A stretch of DNA of 64,000 bases, taken from assembly GCA_040218735.1 (NCBI GenBank), contig JAVJQW010000017.1:415416-479415 (forward strand). Direction: 5' to 3'. Each line of letters opens with the position of its first letter. Position 1 is the first letter of the stretch. The DNA comes from Deltaproteobacteria bacterium (lineage in GTDB: Bacteria > Myxococcota > Kuafuiibacteriia > Kuafuiibacteriales > Kuafuiibacteriaceae). Below the pieces are notes generated by a model. That model worked only from the letters and a program-made list of their open reading frames with translations, did no database searches and was not told the origin of the DNA. The position numbers and the translations under genes were made by a program. Positions 26,475-37,300 of this stretch are shown here, one piece after another.

Positions 26475-29400
26475 ATGAAGCCCAGCGTACGTTCTCTCGT
26501 CGACCACCTCGTCAGCAACCGCGAGCTGCGTCCTGACCAGCAAGTCTTCCGCTTCCTCGACAACGGTGACGCGGAGGGCCCCGCCACCTGCTGGACCCAC
26601 GGCGAGCTGTACGACAAAGCCGCCGCCGTCGCGCAATACATCGAAGACGAAGGCCTCGTCGGCGAGCGCATCCTGCTGCTCTACCTCCCGTGCGTCGATT
26701 ACGTCGCCGGCTTTGTCGGCTGCCTCGCCGCGGGTGCCGTCGCGGTTCCCGCCTACCCGCCCGACCCCATGCGCCTGTCGCGCACCGTGCCTCGACTCCA
26801 AGCGATCGCCGACGACGCGCAGGTCGCCGCGATGTTCACCACCGCACCGCTGAAGATGATGCTCCCGATGCTCGCGGAGCACGCCCCGAAGCTCGCTTCG
26901 ATGAAGTGCGTCGCGACCGACGAGCTCGACCTTGCGCGCGCTCGCGTTTGGACGCCGAAGCCGGTCGACGGTGACGCCCTCGCGTTCCTCCAGTACACCT
27001 CCGGCTCCACCGGCTCGCCGAAGGGCGTGATGATCACGCAGCGGAACCTCATCGAGCAGACCCGCATCGGCTGCGAGCGCACCGGGGGTACCCACGATAG
27101 TCACGTCGTGAACTGGCTCCCGCAGTACCACGACCTCGGCCTCGTCACCGGCTTCCTCATCCCCATCTACCTCGGCATCCAGTCCACCGTGCTGTCGCCG
27201 ATCGACTTCCTCAAGAAACCGATCCGCTGGATGGATGCGATCTCCAAGTTCGGCGGCACCCACGCGGGCGGCCCCGACTTTGCGTTCGCTCTCTGCGCAC
27301 GCAAGGCCACTCCGGAGGATCTGGAGCGCCTCGACCTGTCGACCTGGCAGTGCGCGTTCAACGCCGCCGAGCCACTACGCGCGAGCACCATCGATCTCTT
27401 CAATGGAACGTTCGCCCCCACCGGCCTCCGCCCCGAGGCGATGATGCCCGGCTACGGCCTCGCCGAAGCGACGATGGGCGTCACGTGGGCGCCGCTGCGC
27501 ACCGAGCCCACTCGCGTCACGGTCGATCCCGACGCCCTCGCCGACGGCCGCGTCGTACGTGCGAACGAAGGCGTCACGCTGTTCGGACACGGCCCGGCCG
27601 GGGACTTCGACGTCGCGATCGTCAACCCGCAGTCCCTCGAACGCGTCGGGCCGGACGCGATCGGCGAGATCTGGGTGCGCGGCCCGAGCGTCGGGCTCGG
27701 CTACTACGGCCGCCCCGAACAGAGCGAAGCCACCTTCGGCGCACGCATCGCCGGCACCGGCGAAGGCCCGTACATGCGCTCGGGCGACCTCGGCACGGTG
27801 CTGAACGGCGAGCTCTACATCACCGGCCGCATCAGCGACCTCATCATCCTGCGCGGCAAGAACTACTACCCGCAGGACATCGAGTACGCGGCCGAGCTGT
27901 CGCACTCCGCCGTGCGCCCCGGGTGCGGCGCGGCGTTCTCACTCGACGTGGACGACGAGGAGCGCCTCTTCGTCGCCTTCGAGACCAAACCCGGCGTCGA
28001 CCCGGACGAAGTCGTCACCGCGATACGCGAGCGCATCGTCGCCGACCACGACATCGCGCCCTACTCGATCCTCCTCCTCGCCCCGCGCTCCGCACCCAAG
28101 ACCTCCTCGGGAAAGATCCAGCGCCGCCGCCTCGCCCGCCAGTACGAAGCCGGCGAGCTCGACGTCGTGCACGTGTGGACGCGCCCCGCCTCCGCCGCGC
28201 CGCGCGTCACCGCGGCGAACCTTCGTGCGTGGCTCGTCGACAAGGTGACCGCGCTGTCCGGCGTGCGCCCCGACGAACACGCGACGTTCGCGAGCTTCGG
28301 GATCGACTCCGCGGAAGGTGTTCGGCTCGTCGCCGAGCTCGAACGCGAAGCCGGCCGAACGCTCAGCCCGAGCGTCATCTACGACCACCCCACGATCGAC
28401 GCGCTCGTCCGCCACCTCGGCGCAAACGGCCACGCGCCGGCGGCCGCGGTCGAAGCGAAGAACGAGCCGATCGCGATCGTCGGCATCGGCTGCCGCATGC
28501 CCTCCGCCGACGGCCCGGACGCCTTCTGGCGCCTCCTCGAGGACGGCGTCGACGCCGTGCGCGAGGTCCCGAAGGACCGCTTCGACGCCGACGCGATCTA
28601 CGACCCGGACGCCACCGCCGCGGGCCGCCTGTCGACGAAGTGGGGCGCGTTCCTCGACGACGTCGATCGCTTCGACGCCGCCTACTTCGGCGTCGCGCCG
28701 CGCGAAGCCGAGACGATCGACCCGCAGCAGCGCCTCCTCCTCGAAGTCACGGTAGACGCGCTCGAGGACGCCGGCATTCCGCCGTCGTCACTCGCCGAGA
28801 CCCACACCGGGACGTTCGTCGGGATCAGCAGCGCCGAGTACGGGATGTTCCAGTTCTCGGATCCGGAGCGCATCGGACCGCACACCGGCACCGGCAGCGC
28901 GATGAGCATCGCCGCGAACCGGATCGCGTACGCGTTCGATCTGCGCGGGCCGAGCTTCGCAGTCGACACCGCGTGCTCCTCGTCGCTCGCCGCGGTGCAC
29001 CTCGCGGTGCAGAGCCTCCGCAACGGCGAGTCGACGCTCGCGATCGCGGGCGGCGTCTCGTTGATCCTCACCCCCGCGATCACGATGAGCTTCTCGCGCG
29101 CCTCCGCGATGGCGGCCGACGGGCGATGTAAGACGTTCGACGCACGCGCGGACGGCTACGTGCGCAGCGAAGGCGTCGGCGTCGTGGTGCTCAAACCGCT
29201 GTCGCGCGCGAAGGCCGACGGCGACCGCATCCACGCCGTCATCCGCGGCTCCGCCGTCGCGCAAGACGGACGCACGAACGGCCTGATGGCCCCCAGCCGG
29301 CGCGCGCAGGAACGCGCGCTCCGCGCCGCGTGCGCCGACGCCGCGGTTCGCCCCGAGGACGTCACCTACGTCGAAGCGCACGGCACTGGCACCGCGCTCG

Positions 29401-32400
29401 GCGACGTCATCGAAGCGGAGGCGATCTCCGCCGCGATGCGCCCGAAGGGCGGCGACGTGTGCCTCGTAGGCTCCGTGAAGAGCAACCTCGGTCACCTCGA
29501 AGCCGCCGCTGGCGTCGCCGGGTTGATCAAGACCGCGCTCGCGCTGGAGCACGGATCGCTCCCCGCGAGTCTGCACTTCGACACGCCCAACCCGAAGATC
29601 GACTTCGACGCGCTCTCGCTTCGCGTCGTCGCCGAACGAACGTCCTGGCCCGAAGCGCGTCCGCGCATCGCGGGCGTGAGCAGCTTCGGGTTCGGCGGGA
29701 CGAACGTACACGCGATCCTCGAAGCCGCTCCAGCGCCCGAGGTGTCGGACCGCGCCGGCCCCTACGTCCTCCCCGTCTCCGCGAAGACCCCCGAAGCGCT
29801 CGCCGCGCGGGTGGAGCGTTTGCAAGGTGAGTTGACGAAGCGCTCCGACGTCGCAGCGCTCTGCGACACCGCCGCCGTTCGACGCGACCACCTCCCCTAC
29901 CGCGCCGCGTTCTACGGTGCCGACCGCGACGCCCTGCTCGGGGACCTCGCGACGTTCCGCCCGAGCGCCCCCGCGATGTCGCCGCCGCCCGTGGTGTTCG
30001 TGTTCGCGGGTCAGGGCGGACAGTGGGCGACGATGGGGAAGCGCCTCCTCGAAACCTCGCCGGTGTTCGCCGAGACCATCGCGTCCGTGGCCGACGTCTT
30101 CGGACCAGAGGTGGAGTGGTCGATCGAGGCGGTCCTCCGCGGTGAGGTCGAGCTCGACGCGATCGACGTCGTGCAGCCCGCGATCTTCGCCGTCGAAGTC
30201 GGCGTCGCGTCCGTGCTGCGCGCATGGGGCGTACACCCCGCGCAGGTGATCGGTCACAGCATGGGCGAAGTCGCCGCGGCCTACGTCGCGGGTGCCTTGT
30301 CGCTCGCCGACGCCGCCGCGGTGATCTGCCGCCGCAGCAAGCTGATGAAGACGCTCTCCGGACAGGGCGCGATGTTGTTCGCGGAGCTGACGAGAGAAGA
30401 GGCATCCGAACATGCCGCCGCGCACGACGCCGTCTCCCTCGCCACCTCCAACGGACCACGCGCGAGTGTCCTCGCCGGCGACCGCGACGCGCTCGAGGAG
30501 ATTCGAACCAAGCTCGACGACGCGGAGATCTACACACGCTGGGTCGACGTCGACGTCGCCTCGCACAGCCCGATGGTCGACCCGCTGACGACGCCGCTCA
30601 CGGAGGCGCTCGCCGGCCTGCGACCGCGCGTACCTGCGCTCCCGTTCTGGTCGACCGTGAAGAACGCACCGATCGAGGACGCCGCGCTCGACGCGAAGTA
30701 CTGGGTCGACAACCTCCGGCAGCCGGTGCTCTTCCACGACGCCGTGCTCGCGGCCCCGGAGGGCGCGGTGTTCGTGGAGATCGGTCCGCACCCGACGCTC
30801 CTCCCCTCGGTCGGGACCACGCGCGACGCCCCCGCGATCGCGACGCTGCGTCGAAACGAAGACGACGAGCTCGCGCTCGCGCGTGCGACGGCGGAGCTGT
30901 ACGCAGCCGGCGTCGACTTCGACTGGGAGGCGCGCGGCGCGCGCACGGACGTCGTCGCTCCGCTTCCGCGGTACCCGTGGCAACGCGAGAGGTTCTGGTC
31001 GCCGTCCGCCACCGGGACGATCGTGCGCGGCGCGACGGGCGCGACGCTTCAGCACCCGTGGCTCCACACGGAGGTGGTCGTCGCCGGCACGGCGGAGCGT
31101 GTGTTCGAAGGGACGTTGGATCGCCAACGCCACCGATGGCTCGAAGACCACCGCGTCGGCGGGCGCGTCGTCGTACCGGGGACGGCGCTCATCGAGGCCG
31201 TGTCGTTCGCGTCGGACCGCGCGATCCTCGAGATCGACTTCGAGCTCCCCATCGAAGCGGACGACGCCGTTCGGATCCAGCTCGCGATCGACGGAGACCA
31301 GTTCGAGGTCTTCGCGGATCAGGACGGCTGGGTGCGCCACGCGAGCGGTCGCCTGGGCGGTGTCGAGGTCCCCGCAGCGCCGACGATCGCGACGACCAAA
31401 GAGGTGGAGCCGTCGGTCTACCGAGAGCGCCTCGCACAAGCCGGCATCACGTACGGCGACGCGTTCCTCTGCGTCTCGGATCTGAAGATCGGCGTGTTCT
31501 CTACCGCGACGATCACCGCGCCTTCGATCGACGAAGCCGGTGTCTGCACCGCGACGCTCGACGCGCTCCTCCAGCTCGCCGCCGTGACGAACAAACTCGG
31601 CGTGCTCGCGCGTGCGAAGGACGTCGTCGTGCTCCGCCGCCCCGAGCGCGGCGCAAAGTACGAAGCCCGCGCGGGAGCTGAAGGGGCCTGGCTCCTCGAC
31701 GGCGACGAGGTGATCGCGTTCGTCCGACGCGTCGTCGCGCAGCCGTACGAACGCGGCGTCGTGGGTTACACGGTGGAGTGGCGCAGGACCGAGACCTCCG
31801 GGACGGCGCACCGTCGCGTCCTTGTGCTGGGCGACGCGGCGCCCTTCACCGCAAACGGGCACGCGGCTCGCGCGACATCCCTCGACGATCTGAGCGCGGC
31901 GCTCCGTGAAGGCGCCGACGCCATCGTCGCGTTCGTCCCCGAAGACCGCGAACGACGCGACGCCGACTTCGCGCTCGACGTCGTCCACACCATCGCCAAG
32001 GCGGGCCTGCGTGACGCACCGCGACTCTTCGTGGTCACGGAAGGCGCCGCCCACGTCCCCGCGCACAAACGGCCCATCGCGCTGCACCACGCCGCGACGG
32101 TCGGCTTCGTGCAGACGCTCGCAAACGAACACCCGGAGCTCGCGCCGGTGTGGTTCGACCGCGATCCCGACCGCCGCGGCCCGAGCCTCGAATCACTGGC
32201 CCGGCTCGTCGGCTCGGACTCGAAGGAGAGCCGCGTCGCGTTCCGCGACGACGCGCTGTTCGCCGCCCGCCTCGCGCCGACCCGACACCTGGAGGGCCCG
32301 CCCGTCGTATCGCCGAACGCTGAGTTCAGACTCGAGAGCTCCGAGCCCGGAATCGATCGGCTCGCCTACGCGAAACACACGCCGAGGGTGGATCGCGGCG

Positions 32401-34382
32401 AGGTCTTGGTCCGCGTGAAAGCGGCGGGCGTCGCGTTCTCCGACGTGATGAAGGCGCTCGGCATCTACCCCGGCGACGGCGCGGACGTCCTCGGCGGCGA
32501 GTGCGCCGGGACGGTCGAAGCGATCGGCCCCGGCGTCACGAACGTCGCGGTCGGCGACGAGGTCGTCGCCGTCGGTCCGCACGCCTTGGGCTCCTCGATG
32601 GTCACGAAGGCGGCGCTCGTCGCGAAGAAGCCGGCGCGCCTGCCGTGGCCGGACGCCGCGGCGCTGCCGTCCTCACTCGTCACCGCGACGTACGCGCTCG
32701 AGGAGCTCGCGCGTCTGCGCCAAGGTGAGTGGCTATTGATCACGTCCGCCGGCGGTGGCCTCGGGCTCGCGGCGATCGACGTCGCACGTCGTATCGGCGT
32801 GCGCGTCATCGCGACCGCTGGCTCCGAAGAGCGGCGTGCGCTGCTCCGCGAGCGAGGCGTCGAGCACGTCTTCGCGTCGCGGTCCGAATCCCTCGATGGC
32901 GTTCGCGCGCTGACCAAGCGCGGCGTCGACGTCGTGCTCTCCGCGGAGGTCGGCGAGGAGCGCCAGCGTCTGCTCGGCCTCCTCGCGCCGCGCGGTCGAT
33001 ATATCGATCTGTCGAAGCGCGACGCCTACGCCGGCGGCAAGCTGCCGCTGGGCGCGCTCCGCAGCAACAACGCTTATCACCTTGTGGACGTCGCCCAGCT
33101 CCTAGTTTCGGAGCCGGACTTCGTCGGCGAGCTGCTCTCGCGCACGATCGTCGACGCCGAGCCGATCCCGTACCTGAGCTATCCGGCGCGCGACACCCGC
33201 GACGCCTTCCACCGAATCGCCCGCGCCCAGCACTACGGCCGCGTCGTGATCGACATGGCTGAACCGCCGCCGCTCCGGGCGGGGGCGCACATCGTTCCGG
33301 GCGCCACGTACCTCGTCACCGGCGGCACGGGCGGCCTCGGCACCACCCTCGCCACGTGGCTTCGTTCGAAGGGCGCAGGACGCGTCGTGCTCGCGAGCCG
33401 GACCGGGACTAGCGCGCTCGAAGGCGTCGTAACCAGGAAGGTCGACGTCGCAGATCCGCATGCCGTCGAGGCGCTCGTCGCGGAGCTCGACGACCTTCGC
33501 GGCGTCTTCCACCTCGCGGGTGTGCTCGACGACGGCGTGGTGCTCGAACAAACCCACCAGCGATTCGCAGACGTCCTCGCCCCCAAGGTGGCGGGCGCGG
33601 AGAACGTGCACCGCGCGACGCGAGGACACGCGCTCGACTTCTTCGTCATGTTCGGGTCCGCCGCGGCGCTCCTCGGCAGCCCGGGGCAGAGCAACTACGC
33701 CGCAGCGAACGCGTTCCTCGACGCGCTCGCGCACCACCGCCGTTCCCTCGGCCTCCCCGCGACGACGATCGACTGGGGCCCGTGGTCAGAGGTCGGCCGC
33801 GTCGCCGGCGCGACGCACCAGTCGCGCTTCACCGCGCTCGGCTTCACGCCGCTCGCCCCGGCCGACGGGATCGAGCGCCTCGAACGGGTGCTCGCGGGCG
33901 CCGCTCCGCAGATCGCGCTGATGGACTTCGACGCCGCGCAGTGGGCGGCCTCCTATCCGAGCGCGGCGGGTACGCCGTTCTTCTCGGAGATCGCCACCGC
34001 CGAGGCGACCGCGTCCGGCGACGTCGCACGAAGCATCGCTGCGGCGCCGGCCGCGAACCGCCTCGAGACGATCGAGCGTTACCTCACCGAGCAGACGGCG
34101 TCGGTGTTGCGCGTCGATCCCACGCGCATCCTCCCGAACGTCCCGCTGCAGCAGCTCGGGCTCGACTCCCTCATGACGATCGAGCTGCGCAACCGTCTCG
34201 AGCACGACCTCGGGGTTCGGCTGTCGGCGACCGTCGTGTGGCGTCACCCGACGACCGCCGCGCTCAGCGCGCACCTCCTCGAAGCGATGGACCTCGGCGA
34301 AGCCACCGAAGCGCCGAAGTCCGAGCTCACCGAAGAAGACGGCGCCGCGATGCTCGCCGTGCTCGAGGCCCTCGACACGTGA
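26475..34382 (+). CDS. Type I PKS: FAAL-ACP-KS-AT-DH-ER-KR-ACP (loading module plus module 1)
   Basis: FAAL LAFLQYTSGSTGSPKG, WLPQYHDLGL; ACP GIDS; [24 protein letters not shown]; AT DVVQP, GHSMG, VASH (methylmalonyl-type); DH HRVGGRVVVP; ER GGECAG; KR GGTGGLG, LDD, YAAAN; ACP GLDS. Start uncertain (26448-26475). Confidence 0.96.
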   Translation: MKPSVRSLVDHLVSNRELRPDQQVFRFLDNGDAEGPATCWTHGELYDKAAAVAQYIEDEGLVGERILLLYLPCVDYVAGFVGCLAAGAVAVPAYPPDPMRLSRTVPRLQAIADDAQVAAMFTTAPLKMMLPMLAEHAPKLASMKCVATDELDLARARVWTPKPVDGDALAFLQYTSGSTGSPKGVMITQRNLIEQTRIGCERTGGTHDSHVVNWLPQYHDLGLVTGFLIPIYLGIQSTVLSPIDFLKKPIRWMDAISKFGGTHAGGPDFAFALCARKATPEDLERLDLSTWQCAFNAAEPLRASTIDLFNGTFAPTGLRPEAMMPGYGLAEATMGVTWAPLRTEPTRVTVDPDALADGRVVRANEGVTLFGHGPAGDFDVAIVNPQSLERVGPDAIGEIWVRGPSVGLGYYGRPEQSEATFGARIAGTGEGPYMRSGDLGTVLNGELYITGRISDLIILRGKNYYPQDIEYAAELSHSAVRPGCGAAFSLDVDDEERLFVAFETKPGVDPDEVVTAIRERIVADHDIAPYSILLLAPRSAPKTSSGKIQRRRLARQYEAGELDVVHVWTRPASAAPRVTAANLRAWLVDKVTALSGVRPDEHATFASFGIDSAEGVRLVAELEREAGRTLSPSVIYDHPTIDALVRHLGANGHAPAAAVEAKNEPIAIVGIGCRMPSADGPDAFWRLLEDGVDAVREVPKDRFDADAIYDPDATAAGRLSTKWGAFLDDVDRFDAAYFGVAPREAETIDPQQRLLLEVTVDALEDAGIPPSSLAETHTGTFVGISSAEYGMFQFSDPERIGPHTGTGSAMSIAANRIAYAFDLRGPSFAVDTACSSSLAAVHLAVQSLRNGESTLAIAGGVSLILTPAITMSFSRASAMAADGRCKTFDARADGYVRSEGVGVVVLKPLSRAKADGDRIHAVIRGSAVAQDGRTNGLMAPSRRAQERALRAACADAAVRPEDVTYVEAHGTGTALGDVIEAEAISAAMRPKGGDVCLVGSVKSNLGHLEAAAGVAGLIKTALALEHGSLPASLHFDTPNPKIDFDALSLRVVAERTSWPEARPRIAGVSSFGFGGTNVHAILEAAPAPEVSDRAGPYVLPVSAKTPEALAARVERLQGELTKRSDVAALCDTAAVRRDHLPYRAAFYGADRDALLGDLATFRPSAPAMSPPPVVFVFAGQGGQWATMGKRLLETSPVFAETIASVADVFGPEVEWSIEAVLRGEVELDAIDVVQPAIFAVEVGVASVLRAWGVHPAQVIGHSMGEVAAAYVAGALSLADAAAVICRRSKLMKTLSGQGAMLFAELTREEASEHAAAHDAVSLATSNGPRASVLAGDRDALEEIRTKLDDAEIYTRWVDVDVASHSPMVDPLTTPLTEALAGLRPRVPALPFWSTVKNAPIEDAALDAKYWVDNLRQPVLFHDAVLAAPEGAVFVEIGPHPTLLPSVGTTRDAPAIATLRRNEDDELALARATAELYAAGVDFDWEARGARTDVVAPLPRYPWQRERFWSPSATGTIVRGATGATLQHPWLHTEVVVAGTAERVFEGTLDRQRHRWLEDHRVGGRVVVPGTALIEAVSFASDRAILEIDFELPIEADDAVRIQLAIDGDQFEVFADQDGWVRHASGRLGGVEVPAAPTIATTKEVEPSVYRERLAQAGITYGDAFLCVSDLKIGVFSTATITAPSIDEAGVCTATLDALLQLAAVTNKLGVLARAKDVVVLRRPERGAKYEARAGAEGAWLLDGDEVIAFVRRVVAQPYERGVVGYTVEWRRTETSGTAHRRVLVLGDAAPFTANGHAARATSLDDLSAALREGADAIVAFVPEDRERRDADFALDVVHTIAKAGLRDAPRLFVVTEGAAHVPAHKRPIALHHAATVGFVQTLANEHPELAPVWFDRDPDRRGPSLESLARLVGSDSKESRVAFRDDALFAARLAPTRHLEGPPVVSPNAEFRLESSEPGIDRLAYAKHTPRVDRGEVLVRVKAAGVAFSDVMKALGIYPGDGADVLGGECAGTVEAIGPGVTNVAVGDEVVAVGPHALGSSMVTKAALVAKKPARLPWPDAAALPSSLVTATYALEELARLRQGEWLLITSAGGGLGLAAIDVARRIGVRVIATAGSEERRALLRERGVEHVFASRSESLDGVRALTKRGVDVVLSAEVGEERQRLLGLLAPRGRYIDLSKRDAYAGGKLPLGALRSNNAYHLVDVAQLLVSEPDFVGELLSRTIVDAEPIPYLSYPARDTRDAFHRIARAQHYGRVVIDMAEPPPLRAGAHIVPGATYLVTGGTGGLGTTLATWLRSKGAGRVVLASRTGTSALEGVVTRKVDVADPHAVEALVAELDDLRGVFHLAGVLDDGVVLEQTHQRFADVLAPKVAGAENVHRATRGHALDFFVMFGSAAALLGSPGQSNYAAANAFLDALAHHRRSLGLPATTIDWGPWSEVGRVAGATHQSRFTALGFTPLAPADGIERLERVLAGAAPQIALMDFDAAQWAASYPSAAGTPFFSEIATAEATASGDVARSIAAAPAANRLETIERYLTEQTASVLRVDPTRILPNVPLQQLGLDSLMTIELRNRLEHDLGVRLSATVVWRHPTTAALSAHLLEAMDLGEATEAPKSELTEEDGAAMLAVLEALDT

Positions 34383-37300
34383 GCGTCGTCCAAGCGCTCG
34401 AGCAGGCGATCGCCAAGTTATCCGCCGAACAGAAGTCCAAGCTACGCTCGCTCCTCGCGGAGCCCGCAACCCCGATTGCAGTCGTCGGCCTCGCCTGCCG
34501 GATGCCCGGCGACGGCGACACCCCCGAGCGGTTTTGGTCCAACCTCATGACCGGTCGTGACGGCATCGTCGAGATCCCGCGCGACCGCTGGGACGTCGAC
34601 GCCTACTACGATCCGGATCGCTCCGCGCCCGGGAAGATGAGCACGCGGTGGGGCGGATTCCTCCGCGACGTCCGCGGCTTCGACGCCGAGTTCTTCGGTA
34701 TCGCTCCGCGCGAAGCCACGTGGATGGATCCGCAGCAGCGCCTGCTCCTCGAAGTCGTCTACGAGGCGCTGGAGCACGCCGGTCAAGGCGACATCGCCGG
34801 GTCATCGACCGGGGTGTTCGTCGGGGTCTCGGCCAACGACTACAGCCTGTTACCGCGCACCGCGGATCAGCTCGACGCGTACACCGCGACCGGATTGTCG
34901 AACAGCATCCTCGCCAACCGCGTCTCCTACCTGTTCGATCTCGGAGGGCCGAGCGTCGCGATCGACACCGCGTGTTCGTCGTCGCTCGTTGCAACGCACC
35001 TTGCGACGCAGAGCCTCCGCAACGGTGAGTGTGATCTCGCGATCGCCGCCGGCGTGAACCTCATCCTGTTCATCGCGAACTACATCGCCTTCTCCCGCTG
35101 GGGGATGATGGCGCGCGACGGGCGGTGCAAGACCTTCGACCGCCGCGCCGACGGCTTCGTGCGCGGCGAAGGCGGCGGCGCGCTGGTCCTCAAGCGCCTC
35201 CCGGACGCGCTCCGCGACCGAGACCGGATCCTCGCGATCGTGCGCGGCTCGGCGATCAACCAAGACGGCCGCAGCGCCGGGCTCACCGCACCGAACGTCG
35301 GCGCGCAGGTCGACGTGATTCGTCGTGCGCTCGCGGACGCGGACGTTGCACCGTCCGCGATCTCCTACGTCGAGGCGCACGGCACGGGCACGTCGCTCGG
35401 TGATCCCATCGAGGTCGAAGCGCTGTCCGAGGCGTTGGGCCAGGAGGGCCCGCGCGTCGCGCTGGGCGCGGTGAAGAGCCACATCGGTCACCTGGAGGCC
35501 GCGGCCGGCATCGCGGGCCTCGTGAAGACGGTGCTCGCGCTGCACCACGGTGCGATCCCTCCGAACCTGCACTTCGAGTCGCCGAACCCGAACATCGACT
35601 TCGCGTCCACGCGGTTCGAGGTCCCGACCTCACCTCGCGACTGGAGCGACGGCGAGCGATTCGCGGGCGTGAGCTCGTTCGGCTTCGGAGGAACGAACGC
35701 CCACGTCGTCCTGCAGTCCGCGCCCGCGCTCGAACCGATCCCCCCGCGAGCCGGCGTTCGCACGCTGCTCCTCAGCGCAGCGAGTGAAGCCGCGCTCGAC
35801 GCGATGTCCGCGGACTACGCGGCCCGGATCGAAGCCGGCGACGACGCCGTCGTCGAGGGCGCCCGCCTCCGCGCACGCCTCCCGCACCGCCGCGCCGTCG
35901 TCGCGGACACGACAGAGCTCGCGGAGCGGCTGCGCGCGGGGCGCTTCGACGCCGGCGCTTGCGTGCATCGTCCACCGCGGATCGGCCTGGTGTTTTCGGG
36001 GCAGGGCTCGCTGTGGCCGGGGATGGCGAAGGCGCTCGCCGCGCACGACGCGGTGTTCGCCGAACACTTCGCCTCGGTTCCGTTCGACCGCGCCGTGCTC
36101 GATGACGCCGACGCGCTCGCCCGCACCGAGAACGCGCAGCCCGCGCTGTTCGCGTACCAGATAGCGCTCGCCGCGACGCTGCGTTCGCGCGGCGTCGTGC
36201 CCAGCGTCGTGGTCGGCCACAGCGTCGGGGAGATCGCGGCGGCGCACGTGGCGGGCGTGATCGACTTCGCGGAGGCGGTGCGTGTGATCGAGACCCGCGC
36301 CGCGCTCATGCAGACGCAGCACGGACGCGGGCGCATGTTCGAAGCAGCCGCTTCCCCGGCCGAGCTCGAACCCCTCGAACCCGGCGTCAGCGTCGCGGCG
36401 GTCAACGCGCCGGGGCGCACCGTGCTCGCCGGGGAGACCGCGGCGATCGAAGCCGCGTACCGACGACTCGACGAGGCGCGGATCGCGGTGCGCTGGCTCG
36501 ACGTCGCCTACGCGTTCCACGGCCCCGGGATGCGCGCGCTCGAAGACAGCATGATAGCGAAGCTGGGCGCGGTGCGGACGTCACCGCCGTCGCTCGCGAT
36601 CGAGTCCACCGTCGGACCGAGCGCCACGTTCGACGCCGCGCACTGGGCGAAGAACCTCGGCCGACCGGTCCTCTTCGCCGACGCCGTCGAGCGGATGTTC
36701 GCTCGCGGCGTCGACGTCGTGATCGAAGTCGGACCGAGCCCGGTGCTCAACCGTTCGATCCAATCGATGGCGCCGTCCGGCGTGACGGTCCTCCCCAGCA
36801 TTCGTCGAGCCCCCGGCGAGCCGCTCGCGTTCGAGCGCCTGCTCGCGCGCCTCTTCGTCGCCGGCGCCGACGTCACGTTTTCGACGCCATCCGCCGCGCA
36901 GACCACGGCGCCCCCGCCCTACCCTTGGCAACGGACGGCGTACTGGACCCGCGCGCCGACGTCGCAGCCTTCGGACGCTTCGCTTCACCCGCTGTTGGGG
37001 CGCCGCGTTCGTTCGCCCGCGCTCCAGGCGGAGGTGTTCGAGGCCGTGCTCACCGCGGACGGCTTCATCACGGACCACCTACTGGGCGACCGGGTCGTCG
37101 TCCCGATGACGGCGTGGGTCGAGCTCCTCCGCGCCGCCGCCGCGACGTTGTACGGTGGCGACGCGCACCGCATCGAAGCACTCGCGCTGCTCTCGCCGGT
37201 GACGCTGGAAGCCCCCGCGCGCGTTCAGCTCGTCGTCAACGCGGGCGCCGCGACGCTGCGCCAACAGACTGAAGACGACGTCACGTCCTGGCCAACGGTT

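Noticed and set aside
33782-34378. N-terminal extension of PKS module 2 in the ORF track
   Set aside because: Overlaps the KR/ACP of the preceding PKS in another frame; GTG 34379 overlapping the TGA gives a normal docking helix.
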